From Amoebidium appalachense (lineage: Eukaryota; Protista; Ichthyosporea), in the NCBI GenBank assembly GCA_963693365.1, contig CAVNZM010000010.1, forward strand, positions 6,015,794-6,079,793: a stretch of 64,000 nucleotides of DNA, read 5' to 3'. The stretch's first letter is position 1. Every line of letters begins with the position of its first letter. Shown here piece by piece: positions 1 to 43,845 of the stretch. The position numbers were made by a program, and so were the translations under genes. The notes under the pieces are model-generated. The model did no database searches. It saw nothing but the letters and a program-made list of their open reading frames with translations, and was not told where the DNA came from.

Positions 1-3
1 CCC

Positions 4-41
4 CCCCACCCAACCCTTCCGTACCACGTATGCATGCGCAT

Positions 42-135
<94 letters not shown>

Positions 136-170
136 CACCCAACCCTTCCGTACCACGTATGCATGCGCAT

Positions 171-211
<41 letters not shown>

Positions 212-232
212 CACGCACACACAAACACACCC
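4..232. repeat. Tandem duplication of a ~40-bp unique unit plus (CA)n in a VPS13 intron
   Basis: ccccacccaacccttccgtaccacgtatgcatgcgcatgca occurs at about 4 and 133, each followed by a CA tract. Confidence 0.9.
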
Positions 233-234
233 AG

Positions 235-31410
<31,176 letters not shown>

Positions 31411-32721
31411 CGTTTGAAGGATTTTGCATGAATCGAAATTTGCTTGATGGGCTTAAACTTGAGAAATATAGTTTTATATTGCAGTTGCTATTTGATATTA
31501 TTTTTGACAAAGTTGCTGTTCCTTTTTGATACGTAATTTGAAAATCACGAGGATCGGTGTGTCTGTTTGTGGAGTATGTTCACAATATAATGATTAGGAA
31601 ATTGCTGAAAGATTGTCGTATTGAAAATGAGAATTAAAAAGAGAAAGTACATGATCCCTAAAAATGAACGTAAGTGCTGCAGCCTGCGTCCTTCCCCCCT
31701 TCCCCTCCCACTGGCCACCACCTAAAAACCACAGCGGATCCCTATCCGCCAGAGAGAGCAGGGACTCAGAGAAAGGGGTGGGAGGGGGGAGAGAAGGAAG
31801 AGTGGAAGGAGTTGGGGGAGGAATGATTGTGAGCTGTGTTCAGAGTGCAGCCTAATACGAACCAGCGTTGCACATGAGCCGTGTATTGGGGCATCCGATT
31901 GATTGATTCGTGGGCACAATTGCAAAGAATGAAATTAATGTTTGGGCGGGCAGGCAGGGGGGGGGGGGGGGGGGGGGGACCCCAAAATGCCCTCAAAATC
32001 ACAACAGGGGAATTTGGTTTTGTCAATGAAGCATGAAAAGCAAAGCCAACTGTGGTGGGTGCGTAAAACTAATGAAATACGAAGGAAGACAGTGATGGAA
32101 GGAGGAGAGTAGAGGGCTCGAAGGGCTAAAGGGCCATGTAATAATAAGGGCCATGTAATAACTACGGGGCCGGGAGGAAGGGGAGGGGGAGGGGGAGGGG
32201 GGGGAGTGCCCATCTTCAGGGGGGAGGCGGGGGGGGGGGGGGGGGGGGGGGGGGGGGATGCCAGGTTCAAGGGGAATCTAGAGCCAGCATTAGTATACAG
32301 GCAATTCATTCTGTCTGATTGGCTGAAGGTGGAACCCGGTCCACAGATCTATACACAAGATCCCATGCCATACACAAACAAATTATAACGGTCCAATCAA
32401 ATAATATAGTTAAACAATTATCAAACCAGCAACGCCCGGTATCGAATGAATATCAAATTGAACCACCACCCCGACCAACAGACACACATTGGGTCTTGGC
32501 AGATGAGACGATCAACAGTCATCTTCGAAAATGAATCGTTACCAATACCAGCTCATAACCTTCCTTCTCTGCGATGTAACAACAGAAGATGTGTGTATCG
32601 GTACATGTATGTGTGTGTATCCTTGCGCGCGGGCGCGCACGTGCGTATGTACCCGTGCATGTGCATGTGTTTGTGTGAGTGTGTGTGTGTACCCGTGCAT
32701 GTGTATGTGTACGCGCGCGCA

Positions 32722-32852
<131 letters not shown>

Positions 32853-33566
32853 CCGTGCATGTGTGTGTGTGTGTGTGTGTGCGCGCGCACGCGTGTCTGT
32901 GTCTGTGTAAGTGTGTCTGTGTACGTGCGCATGCGTGCATGCGCGCCTGTGCGTGTGTGGGCATGGGTGTGTCTACGTGCTTATCCCTCTCTACCAACTA
33001 CAAAACTTACAAACACAGCATCTATGGTGGCCACAGGAAGTAAAATAACGACTCATTATGGTATGATGCATACATCTAATATCGAATATCCGTTATGACG
33101 GAAGGCATCTATGAACATAAAACCATAAATCCTTCACCCAGATAGTGCCTCGTGTTTTAAGAATACCACTAGAAAACAACTTTCGATCCCTTCTGCCCCC
33201 CCCCCCCCCCCCCCCCCCCCCAATTCTCCCCCTTTACTTTGCCCATATAGACCATCAGACCATTACCACTTACAATCTGAGTCAGATCCTTCCCACCGCC
33301 ACTCTCGCCAACCGCCTACAGCCGCCACCGGTTGATTGTTCAATAAACAAGACCAGAGTCCCCCAGACCAATGTCGACATGGCCTCCTGGGCATCTCTTC
33401 GCTATCCACGTTGCTGCCTGTCTTCGTCCCTCTGCACACACACAGAGTAAGAAACAATCCAATAAGGGTGACGATGATTATACACCATAACTGGGGTTGT
33501 GCCTATCCAAAAAAACTCTCAGACACGAAGGGAAAAGGGAACAGAAGGGTGGGGGGAGGAGGAGGA

Positions 33567-33603
<37 letters not shown>

Positions 33604-34166
33604 AGGGGGACACATGCACAAAAAGTGTTGCTCAGGAACAGAATGGAAAGAAGTTTTTGTGGCCCTAGCAAAATGAGCCTGGGCAAGAAGGGGGGGGGGG
33701 GGGGGGTTCAAGTTCTTTTTTCTTCCGTCTGTAGTTTAATAAATACGCAAATGCACGTGACTTTCCGAGTTTGTCGAAATGCATTTATGTGGGTGCAGGT
33801 GCAGAAGTGAACGTGGTGATAACTCTAAAGAAGGGGTTTTTGGTGGGGAGGGGGGGGGGGGGGGGGGGGGGGGAGGAAGAAATGGGTGGGTAGGAGAGAC
33901 AGGGAATGATATGTTTATGTGGCAACTTTGGTTGCCCCCCCCCCCCCCTCTCTCTCTCACTCCCTCTCTCTTTCCTCTCTTTGACGGGATGTTGGGACAC
34001 AAACGTTTGCAACTGCTGTCACTATCATGAATCTTATTTTTTTCTCTATCAATCTCCCATCCTCTGCTCACATGCAAGTGCAACCAGCCTTATGCAGCTC
34101 CTATGGTGCATGACATATGTTGAACAAGTGTATACTTGTGCATGTGTGTGCATATGTGTCAGGGTC

Positions 34167-34280
<114 letters not shown>

Positions 34281-34519
34281 TGTGTGTCTGTGTGTGTGTA
34301 TGTGTCTCTTTGTGTGTGGGTGTGTAGATGTGTGCGTGCATGTGTGTGGGTACGAGTCTGTAAACAACTGTGAGTGACTGTCAGTGAGTGTGTTAGTGTG
34401 TGTGTGTACGCGTATGTGAGTAGTGCACGTGTGAACGAGTAGTGTCACCTGTTGTAAAGGGGGAACGGGGGCCACAGCGGGGGGGGGGGGGGGGGGGGGG
34501 GGAGGAGGAGGAGGGGTTG

Positions 34520-36310
34520 TTACCGTGTTTGAAGAGCTGCAATGAGAATTTCGACATTTTCGGTTCCGTTGGTGCGCACACGAACCTGATCGTGGTCAAG
34601 GCAAGGGCACGACACTAGCGGTAAAAGATCAATTTGGGGATTATTAATGATGGTGATTGTTGTTAGGGAGGGGTTCCCGGCCAGGCAGCGCAAGCTGCTG
34701 ACACCAGGTGTGGTGCAAAGGAGCAATCCTTGTAGGTTGGTGCAGTGGGAAAGTGCGGAAATGTCAGTCAGAGATGGGCAATTATTCATGCTCAACCTTG
34801 CCGATGATGTGTTTCCGTCCAGCCTAGACCCTAGTGATTGGAGTTGCGATAGACAAACGAGAAAGACCGATTTCAGGTGTGGGTTTGCTGTTGCATTCAG
34901 GTCGAGGTGAGTGAGGTTTAGCCCATGTAAATATAGTGTTTTAAGTGCCGTGAGGTGTGTCAGAACATCGCCAAGCTGGGCCCGACTTATTGATTCACCG
35001 GGTTCGGTGCAAAGTATATCAAGTAAGTCTAGTGTAGCTCCGCTACTTTCCAAACCCAAGAGCGTGTCTAGACTCAGTGCACGGACACGAAACCATATCT
35101 GTTTTAGTGTTGTGCATTGAAGATTGGCGATCGGCATATCAAGATTTTCATTAATCCTAACTCGCAGCTCACACAGTGCGGTGCACACAGACAGGTTGGA
35201 AACGTCTGCACTGTCCGCAGCCAGAACATGAATATTCCGCAATTTCGGTGCACGTGGGAGGCATATCCGTTCGAACTCCACAAGCTCCAATTTCTCGAGG
35301 TGTGGACAGCTGTCTATGCCCGAGAGATCAAACGAGAGGTTCGGACCACCCAGACTTAGCACCCGCAGGTTACGCCCGAGGCTGGCACTCAACGCATGGA
35401 CAGAAGTGATTTGTGCATTGCCATTCCTACCATTGTAGCACGTGGAGGCGAAAGTAACCAACCCGTGTGCAGTTTCCATCAAATGGATCAAAGCACCAGC
35501 CTGTTGATAGATGCAGTTCGTAAATCGGATACACTCGTCACGTGCTCCGCATTATAGCCCTCGGTGGTTGGGATCTTTGCATATTTCGCGACGATGTGTT
35601 TAAGCGCCGTGCATTCCTCTCACACTTGTTGCACAAAACAACTTTATGTAACTCCCTCTGCATTGAAGTCATCTCGTGGTATAAGTTTCACCGTCTCGAG
35701 GCGCGTGCCCATACTATCCAACAATGCCCGAAAAAAGCCCTCTTCGTTCACGTCACGGTCTTCACCAAAGTGACTTTGCCAGGTGATGTCTACAAGGCAC
35801 TGCAACGAGCACAAGATCTGCACGGTGCCTGCCCACAACATAAGCTCCACCCCAGGCTCATAGGACCAATACCCCAGCGTGTCCAAATTCACACGACCCA
35901 CGATCGAACCCCACCGCCGCAGAGAGCCTACAAAAGGCAATAAGGGTTCACGTCTCGCAGGTCGGGTGTAGGAAAATGAAACGAAGCCCGCTTCCGGTGT
36001 TCGTGCAAGTTGGTCCAATCGTTTGCACACGCGGGTGACGGTTAGGCGATCGGAGTGGGGAAGCGTGCGTATGATTTCCACAAGTAACTCAGGGGATAGA
36101 ACGGAGAGCAGGCAGCCTGCGGGGAGGGAGTTGTGTGTCACAGTGTGTGTGTGTGTGTGTGTGTGTTTGTGTGTGCACACGCGCACGCACGTGCACGCTT
36201 ATGCGTGTTCGTGTTTTGTGTGTGTGTGTAGATGGGAGCGTGGGGAGGGGAGGGCGGGGGGGGGGAGAAAGGGTTTGTGCTATTGACTGACGGCCCTTGT
36301 GTTGGTTCAT
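34520..36310 (-). pseudogene. F-box / leucine-rich-repeat protein gene, probably disrupted
   Basis: ATG at 36310 with a short first exon splices in phase to the F-box motif LLSVLSPELLVEIIRTLPHSDRLTVTRVCKRL. Downstream are LRR units (CPHLEKLEL, NCPSLTDISALSHCTNLQGLLL). In-frame TAA at 35644-35646 and TGA at 35620-35622, plus a frame change near 35535. Confidence 0.7.
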
Positions 36311-37312
36311 GCTTTACCCTTACTCCTACCGATAACAAGCTACATGTTTCTATGTACTAGTAGAAAAGAGAGAGATTTAAAGAGCATTTTTCAGGGATGG
36401 TGGAATGGTGGGTAGAACGGAGGATGGGGGCTATTCTCAGCGATGCCATCCATGAAAATGCATGTGATTTTATGAGTGGCCAGTGCACGGAGGCTGCGAT
36501 GCACACAAGAAAGACGTTATCAGACACGTGTGCATCTGCACACAAACAACAGAAAATACACATTCACGCACGCGCACACAAACGTCCACAACCACACCCA
36601 GACCCGCACCCACACCCATATCCACACCCACACACGCACGCGCGCCAACACACAAGCGCTGGGAGCAGGGATGGAGATCCTTTCTCTCCACACACATTTG
36701 CAAGCTTAAACATACACACCCAGCAGGAAAACTGGGGAAGTCACGCAAAAAAACAAAACATGTAGCTAGTTGCTTGAACAAGAGCTCTGGCGGATATTTT
36801 GCAGGAACTGGAGGTGACGGTTGGAGAGCGAAGGGAAGAGGGGGTGAAGGAAGGGGGAGGGGAATGAAAGAGACGTAGGAGGAAGAAAGGGCGGGCAGGT
36901 AGGGGAAAAGAGGGTCGCAAGGGGAGGAATACGGGAGGTGAGGGAGCAAGGAGATGGAGAAAGTGTCGGAGGGACGGAAGGAGGAGCAGAGGGGAGGAGA
37001 GTGGAGGGAAGAAGAGTGTGAAGGCAGCAGGCGCAAGGGTGAGAGGGGCCAGAACATTCATATAACCAGCAATTATGTAAATCCTCAATCACGCGGCTAC
37101 CCCCTCGATTTCAACAACACACGTAAGTTTAAAGGTGTGTGGAAGGGCAACTCATCCTTGCTGGCATCCTCTGGCTGAATGGCAGGCAGCCCTGGCTATC
37201 TTTGCCTCAGCATGTTTCAACTCCTTCACAGAACCGTGGTGGGTGCTTGCTACACAAACTCTAACTGCCAGACACGAGCACTAATAACCGTTTTTAAAAA
37301 AGCTTTTTCCAG

Positions 37313-37901
37313 GCTGCCTCGCTGCTGCCTTGCTGGTATGGACTTCGGCTTTCGCAAGCAAAAATCAAGCGTCCTTGCCAGAGGGGCGAGCCGAGACCGG
37401 AGTACCGAAGCCAATAACTCGGACACGAGACCCGAAACGAGGTCGAGGTGAGCCCCGAGGGCAAGGGGACGCGGTTTGTGCGCGAGAACTCGCTTAATTC
37501 ACTGTATTTTTTTTGGTGTCTATAATGATAAACGTTTTTCTTTTTTCTGCTATTTCTTGAGTTTTCATTCTCTTTTTCTAATCTCTTCTTAAGCTTCCTT
37601 TCAAAGTATTGATACCGAGAGCTTACGTTTCTGTGCTGCACGATGATGTTATTGAATGTTGATAACGAGCATGCCGATTGGCCGGTTTTGCCCGCCTTCC
37701 CCCCCAGCCGAGTCCCCGGGTTGACAGTTACTTCTGCTACTACTAGTGTAGTGAGGCAGGAAGTGTCTTTCAGCGAATTCTGGTGCTCGTCTCTGGTAGC
37801 CAGAGCATATTTAGCAAGCACCGCAACCCCCCACGTTCTGAAAATGCCGAGGCAAGCACACATGTGTATATCCTGCCTGCATCTAGAGGACACGAGCAAG
37901 G
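37313..37901 (+). other. Two phase-compatible exon-like segments of an unidentified gene or pseudogene
   Basis: ttttccag...ag|gtgagc (about 37313-37446) and ccccccag...g|gtgagt (about 37708-37901) join in an open frame. No recognisable motif. Confidence 0.3.
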
Positions 37902-37958
37902 GTGAGTTGCTCCCTACTAAACCTAAATGTACGCAGTTGAACGAAGACGAGGTCGTTA

Positions 37959-39002
37959 GGGCCTGTTTGGCAGCACCCCACTTATCGTATTCGTATTTAG
38001 GCCCTAAATACGATCTACCGTATTTACAACATTTATCGTGGTATGCGTATTTAGGGCCTAAATACGGTTGGTGCCCGCAGGCTTCCAAACGCTGTCAGGC
38101 GTGACTGGTCACATAAAATGTCGATACATGGTTCACGAGATCTGATTGGCCCTATTCGCACCCATTGATCATCCTTCGGTATTCCATGCATATAGACTGG
38201 TGCAGCTGTAGTCAGTATTACAGCGAACGGCAAAAACGAGTCACCGACAGTGAGTCTTGCTCTGTTTAACAATAGGTTAGAATGTCTGTTATTGAAGGGA
38301 TACTGCCAGTTATTGCGGTGGCTAGCCTTGCTAGAGACCTCGTTTTACGTCACCAACGTTCGTCCCTGGCATTCCCCACATATCTGAACACATAGTGAGT
38401 GTTAAAATTTGTCCTTGTCTATGCAGTACTCGTTGTGCCTGCATGTCACCGAGTTTGTACATGTCCATTTGATTGTTTTTATTAATGCATATATCGGAGT
38501 CCAGTATTGTTTCAATGATTATTATGGCATACTATCATATGATACAGTCTGAGCTTGTTATCATGCACCGTGTAGGGTTCCTCGTCCTCTGTCTTACCTG
38601 TGCAGCCCAAATTCATGTGCCAATTTTAACTGAGCATGTACACAAAATGACGTGTATACCTAACACCGACCTTCTTTTTAACATTGAATTGTTCACGTGC
38701 ATGCGCCGGCATGCGTACTGTACTACTAAAAATGTGCCCGCCGCGGCTTACGCTGTACCATTGGCTAGCTGATAGCCAATAAATGATGCGAAATGCTCTG
38801 ATTGGCTAATTTCCTATATCGTATTTACGAAAATCACCTCCAGAGGTGATTTTCGTAAATACGATATAAAAGCGATCCCTATCGTATTTACAAAAAATAA
38901 ACGCCCGCGGCGTGTTTGGCATGCCACGGGATCGTATACGTATTTAGGCCCTAAATACGAATACGATAAAAAACCGTATTTAGCGCGCTACCAAACAGGC
39001 CC
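37959..39002. mobile_element. Non-autonomous PIF/Harbinger (Tourist-like) element, 1044 bp
   Basis: Terminal inverted repeats GGGCCTGTTTGG ... CCAAACAGGCCC, flanked by TTA at 37956-37958 and 39003-39005. Subterminal palindromic repeats cgtatttaggccctaaatacg. No transposase ORF seen. Confidence 0.88.
38815..38868. repeat. Perfect inverted repeat, 26-bp arms with a 2-nt loop
   Basis: tatatcgtatttacgaaaatcacctc-ca-gaggtgattttcgtaaatacgatata. Confidence 0.97.
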
Positions 39003-39173
39003 TTAGATTGGGGTTTACACACTTTTTATTGCGTGGACACTGCCGGAGGCCCAGCCACATTCGACAGCCTACTGCGTTTTCCAGCGCAGCCAATCAAATG
39101 CAGCCAGTGACATATGTACATGCTAGGCAACAATGAGCGCCATCATCGTAGTATATGACACCCCTATTACGTA

Positions 39174-40566
39174 TTATGGGTAAGCAGAGGCTAGCATCGG
39201 TAGCTCCGAAAGAAAGTTAAGGCACCGGATCACAATATCATACTGTGCAGCATTAATAAGGTGATCTAGGATAGTCATCTTAAAACGGATATATTGAGGA
39301 AGAGAGGAAGAAAAGAGAATAAAACCGCCAATAACCTCCGGTTCTAATACGTTAGCTAACAGGTTGCACTTATTGATAGATATGCAGCCGCGAGTGAACC
39401 GCCCCCCACACATATTACACATACGAGCAGGAGACACCAGAAACCGATTACACCGCCAATCCATAATCATCTTTGCGTTTTTACACCACACCACATTACG
39501 AATAAACGAATCTATGTATGAACGAGACTCTCTAACCGTATCCGCCATATAGGCAACTAGTAGTTGGTGTTTTTGCCGACCTAATACCGGAAGGGACTCA
39601 ACACGTAGAGTAAAAAGATATCTATCAGCCATAGACTTGAAACTATTCATATTCACACTATGATCTAGCCGTACCTCCGGTGGGGTCGCCAGCCATTCCA
39701 CATAACGCTCGGCAATGGGCAGAGACGATGGGGAAGGGAAGAGGTAGAGGGGCGAGTCCGGCGGGCATGCGTGTAGCCGGAAGAGCGGGTGGTCCGGGGC
39801 ACAAGCGGACAGGCGGGTGATGTGCTCGCGAAATTTATGGGCTAATTCGTGTACGCGTTGTGATGGTGGTGTGAGTGCGTAGAGAGAATCAAAAAGGCGT
39901 CTAGGGAGTAGGTGTGGAAAGACCAGTGAGAAACGTACAACAAGTTGTGTAGTGGAAATCATCAATTGATTTGAGAACATTAGTAACAGTATCACTGACA
40001 GGGGGTGCCATAGCTAGTAAGGGCAACCCGTATTCAGACAAAGGGCGAATATATGTGCGAAATATACTAAGACGATTGTGTAGGTGGACAGTATGAGAAA
40101 GAGTAGCAAGATACACATCCCTAAATAACCGAAGACACCTGCCTGCAATCTCCACCCGACGGTCGATCATCCGTTTGAAACATATGCCCCATTCGTCCAC
40201 CGGAATCCCCAAATACTTGTATTTGATTGGGCGAGGGAGGGGACTGCCGAAAATACAAACGTCGTCCCATGCCGACATCGATTTTGATAAAAGGGCACAC
40301 TTTTTGACATTAACCTTCATATTGTTGCGCTGGCACCAATGGGTTCAACCACACGAATGTATTGCCGTAGTTCGAGAGGATCGGATGACATAAGCACAAT
40401 ATCGTCGGCAAAAAAGAGGGCGGGGGGAGCCTGGGATGGCAACCCCCCGTCAATTTGTGCCGCAGAAAGAGCGTCGGCTAAATCATCAATATACAGGTTG
40501 AAAAGAAGAGGGCTTAGCAGGGACCCTTGAAGTACCCCGCGCGTGCGGGTAAACCCTGGGGATAGC
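39174..40566 (-). mobile_element. 5'-truncated non-LTR retrotransposon (LINE) reverse transcriptase remnant
   Basis: RGVLQGSLLSPLLFNLYIDDL ... LFFADDIV ... MKVNVKKC ... YKYLGIP ... YIRPLSEYG, with C-terminal CNMC. Frameshifts near 40340 and 39905. Confidence 0.92.
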
Positions 40567-40854
40567 TGTCGTATCCTAACGTGCGTGTACTAAGAGACGC
40601 GGCACTCTACTAAGTGTACCCACACGGGAAGGAACGAACGTGTACAGAAAAACGGTAAAGTTTATTATGACCAGGCTCCGACGGGCAAACTGAGATCCGA
40701 ACGGAATCCAGCTAAGCACAACTCAGGCCATCAAGGCCGTGCCCTACAAGATCATCATCACCTGGCCCCGTACGATCATGCCACATTCCATACATTCCGA
40801 TCTAACTCTATCGTGCGCCTGCACGAGCTAAGTCGATCGGTGACATATACTAAT
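40567..40854 (-). mobile_element. LTR-like repeat, inverted copy
   Basis: Reverse complement of 41265-41546 with scattered mismatches. It ends ...ACGACA on the minus strand, has AATAAA at 40661-40666 (-), and abuts the LINE RT. Confidence 0.75.
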
Positions 40855-41264
40855 CCGTCTCAGCAGATCAGCCTAAGTCTACGATCGAGATCGGGGGGGG
40901 GGGGGGGTGGCCCGGGTCCACAGATCATCAAGATCAAGTCCGGGGCCTCAAGATAGCTGTACAGCTGCGTGCATCTTGCCTCTGCCGGCGCAGGGCAGGA
41001 CCACGTCAGCTGGAGCAGCCGACCAATAGAATTCTAATTAGTGTGTAGGATAGATCGTAGGAGGACTTTGGAATGTGATATGTTCGGGCAGAAGCCCTTT
41101 GTAAATATTGGCAAGTTTTGATAGTGTATGTTGCCAAACGTATTTATATATTTCGATGTAGAAGAAAGGGGGGAGGGAGGGGGGGGAGGGGATAGTATGA
41201 AATGTAGAATTAGACTCTGCGGTGCCACTAGGGGAAGGGAGAGGGGTGAGACATGGATAAATAT

Positions 41265-41546
41265 ATTAGTGTGAGTCGATCGACTTAGCTCGTGCAGGCG
41301 CACGATAAAGTAGATCGGAATGTATGGAATGTGGCATCGTAGGGGGGCCAGGTGATGATGATCTTGTAGGGCACGGCCTTGATGGCCTCAGTTGTGACTT
41401 AGCCTCATTCCGTTCGGATCTAAGTGTGCCCGTCGGAGCCTGGTCTGAATAAACTTTACCGTTTTTCCGTACACGTTCGTTCCTTTCCGTGTATGTACAC
41501 TTAGTAGAGTGCCGCGTCTCTAATACATACACGTTAGGTTACGACA
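41265..41546 (+). mobile_element. LTR (3' part; may begin near 41044) upstream of gag
   Basis: Ends ...GTTACGACA, has AATAAA at 41448-41453, and lies about 155 bp upstream of a gag-like start. Confidence 0.75.
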
Positions 41547-41702
41547 AGCTACACCTTTCTTTTAGTGCGGTTTTTCGCGCTAGGTAAACGCGGTGACAGT
41601 TCCTTCTGGGCTGTTGCTACACCTTAGAAACACAACGAAGAAAAAAAACAAACAAAAAAAAAAACACAAAAACAGCCACACGAGTAGGGCACACACAGCA
41701 CC

Positions 41703-43845
41703 ATGGCTAAGTTCAACGTAGATATGTTCTACGCATTGGCAGCGGAGGATAGCTCCCTGCACACACAGATACCACAGGTTCACACACTAGACGTTAGACA
41801 AACCACAGCTTTCAGTTTCACACTCAAACACGACTCAGAAATACCACGGTGGCTTAGGACACTCATAGCAAACACACCGTACTAGTGTTAGACACTAAGA
41901 AGGCCCCTCCGGGGCGGCCTCGTGCCTAATGATTAAGCAGTGCATCGACCACAAAACCATGGCCGACTTATGCACCCTTATGGATGAGCACCCGTACCGG
42001 GCCGAGCAGGCCCCCCAGGTGACGGCTCGTATATACGAGCAGCAGAACGACGAGGGGAGAGACGAGATGCCAGTGGTGTCTCGGACGCTCGGCCAGAAAC
42101 GTCTGGCCGCACGATTCATCCCCGACGACGAGGACGAGAACAGCACCGACGACGTGGACGGTGAGCTCGAGGCCTTCACACGGCCCGAGAACGAGCTCGA
42201 GTATACGGCCCGGCGCGTCGACCGATACCTGACGGCCGACCGGCGCCGTACCTTCAGGGCCCAGCTACGAGAATGGAAGTTGCTGAGCTCTCCCAGGCCG
42301 TCTTCTCTGGCCGAGGGGGCTTCGGCTTCCGGGGTGGCCGTGGCGGCGACCGGGGTGGACACGGCGGTCGTGGGCGCGGTGGACGTCACGGTGGAGGACA
42401 GCAGCAGCAGTTCACCGAGAGGTTTGCCCCTTATCCTGCTCGTGGTGATGGGCAGGGTAGAGGGAGGGGTGGAAATGGTGGTGAGCATATGCATGGTGGT
42501 AGGGGTGGACATGGAGGCCGTGGTGGGTTTGGTGCTGGTGGTGAGAGAGGCCGAGGGGGGCAGGGGGGAAGGGGGGGCCGTGGTGCACACGGTGGGCCCC
42601 CCCAGCATGACCGGGCTCCCGGTTATGCTTTGCGCCAAGGTTATGAAGTCCCCCCTGGCCCCTTCTTTGGTGCATGTTACTTTTGTGGCCGGCAAGGGCA
42701 CTCTGCTGCATATTGCCGTAGTTACAAGAGCTATTGAGTTCCGGGGGAGGGGGAAGCTGGGGTCACTGAGGGAGGGGGGGGGGACAGTATCGGTCCCCCC
42801 CAGGTTGCAGAGAACCTTCACCCTCCCCCACCCCAGGTTAAGCTTCCCTTTGCCCCCTCACCGCCCCGATACGTGTGGGAGCCGGGCATCGTCGTGGGTC
42901 CTCAAGACAGCGTCGAGGTGGTATGGCATGAATGTTTGTGGGGTGACTCTACCAAAGGTATGAATGGTGTGAATGTTTTGTGGTTGGGGGAGGTTCCCCA
43001 GCCACAGGTGGATGGTTCTCAGTGTTTCTTGTCCCAACCCGGTGTTTGTTCTAACCACACCGGAGGGGGGTTCTGTGCCATTGTTCCTGGGAGGGGGGGG
43101 GACACGCACGAGTAAAGGGGGAAGGGGGGGGGAAGGCACAGACACGTAGAAACACACCACCACAACAACATACGACGGTTGCAGACACCCCTACACCCAC
43201 ACACATGTGTACACACCCACACATACACCAAACACACACACACCAACCACCCACACACCACACACACACACTTCACCACCACCCACATCACATACACACC
43301 CCACCCCACCCGTGCAGGCACCACAGGTAGGTATGTTGCACGTAGGTATCGAGGGTGTGAGTCTTCGTGGACAGGGTCTGGGTGTGAGTGATGATGTGTT
43401 GCTCGAATTGGAGGAGGATATAGTTGGTTTTAGCCGGCATTATATAGACGTATGGTTAGCTGATGGTAAGTTGAAGGCTGTTGCTTTGCTCGATGGAGGG
43501 GCTCAGGTTGATTGTGTGCATGCTTGAATGCTTTGTTTGAACGTACGAATGTTTTAGAATTGCAGTCCGGCGTTAAAATTAAAACCCATGATGGGCTCGA
43601 CGGTTATCAGTCTGGTGCTAGAACGGTAGCTGAAGTAGTAATCGAGCCTTATCAGTGCCAAACGGTACGTGTCCGAGCCGGCAATCATGTTAGGATAGGG
43701 GATTTAGGGGTTTTTACCCCGAAAACCCCATTTCAGGAGGTGGCTCAATGGACCCTTAGTAGGGTATGGCCGGATAAGACAATAGAAATAGAATTAGTGA
43801 ATCCGGGCATCGAGCCTGCTCGTCTATGTTAGGGAGAGGCCATTC
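41703..43845 (+). mobile_element. Degenerate Ty3/Gypsy-type gag and protease region
   Basis: RGG-rich stretch followed by a CCHC zinc knuckle CYFCGRQGHSAAYC. Aspartic-protease-like VALLDGGAQVD near 43490. Several stops and frameshifts. Confidence 0.82.

Noticed and set aside
35620-35646. Stop-codon reassignment or readthrough
   Set aside because: Other genes here end normally with TGA or TAG, and a frame change accompanies these stops
37294-38088. 264-aa minus-strand ORF
   Set aside because: It starts inside the MITE palindromes, crosses a + strand T-rich intron-like tract, and has no recognisable motif
40564-41549. Single foldback or DIRS element with an AGC target duplication
   Set aside because: Removing it does not restore the LINE frame (an in-frame TAG results), and the adjacent protease and YLDD RT point to Ty3/Gypsy. 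No tyrosine recombinase was seen.
41895-42821. 308-aa minus-strand ORF
   Set aside because: Antisense shadow of the GC-rich gag region
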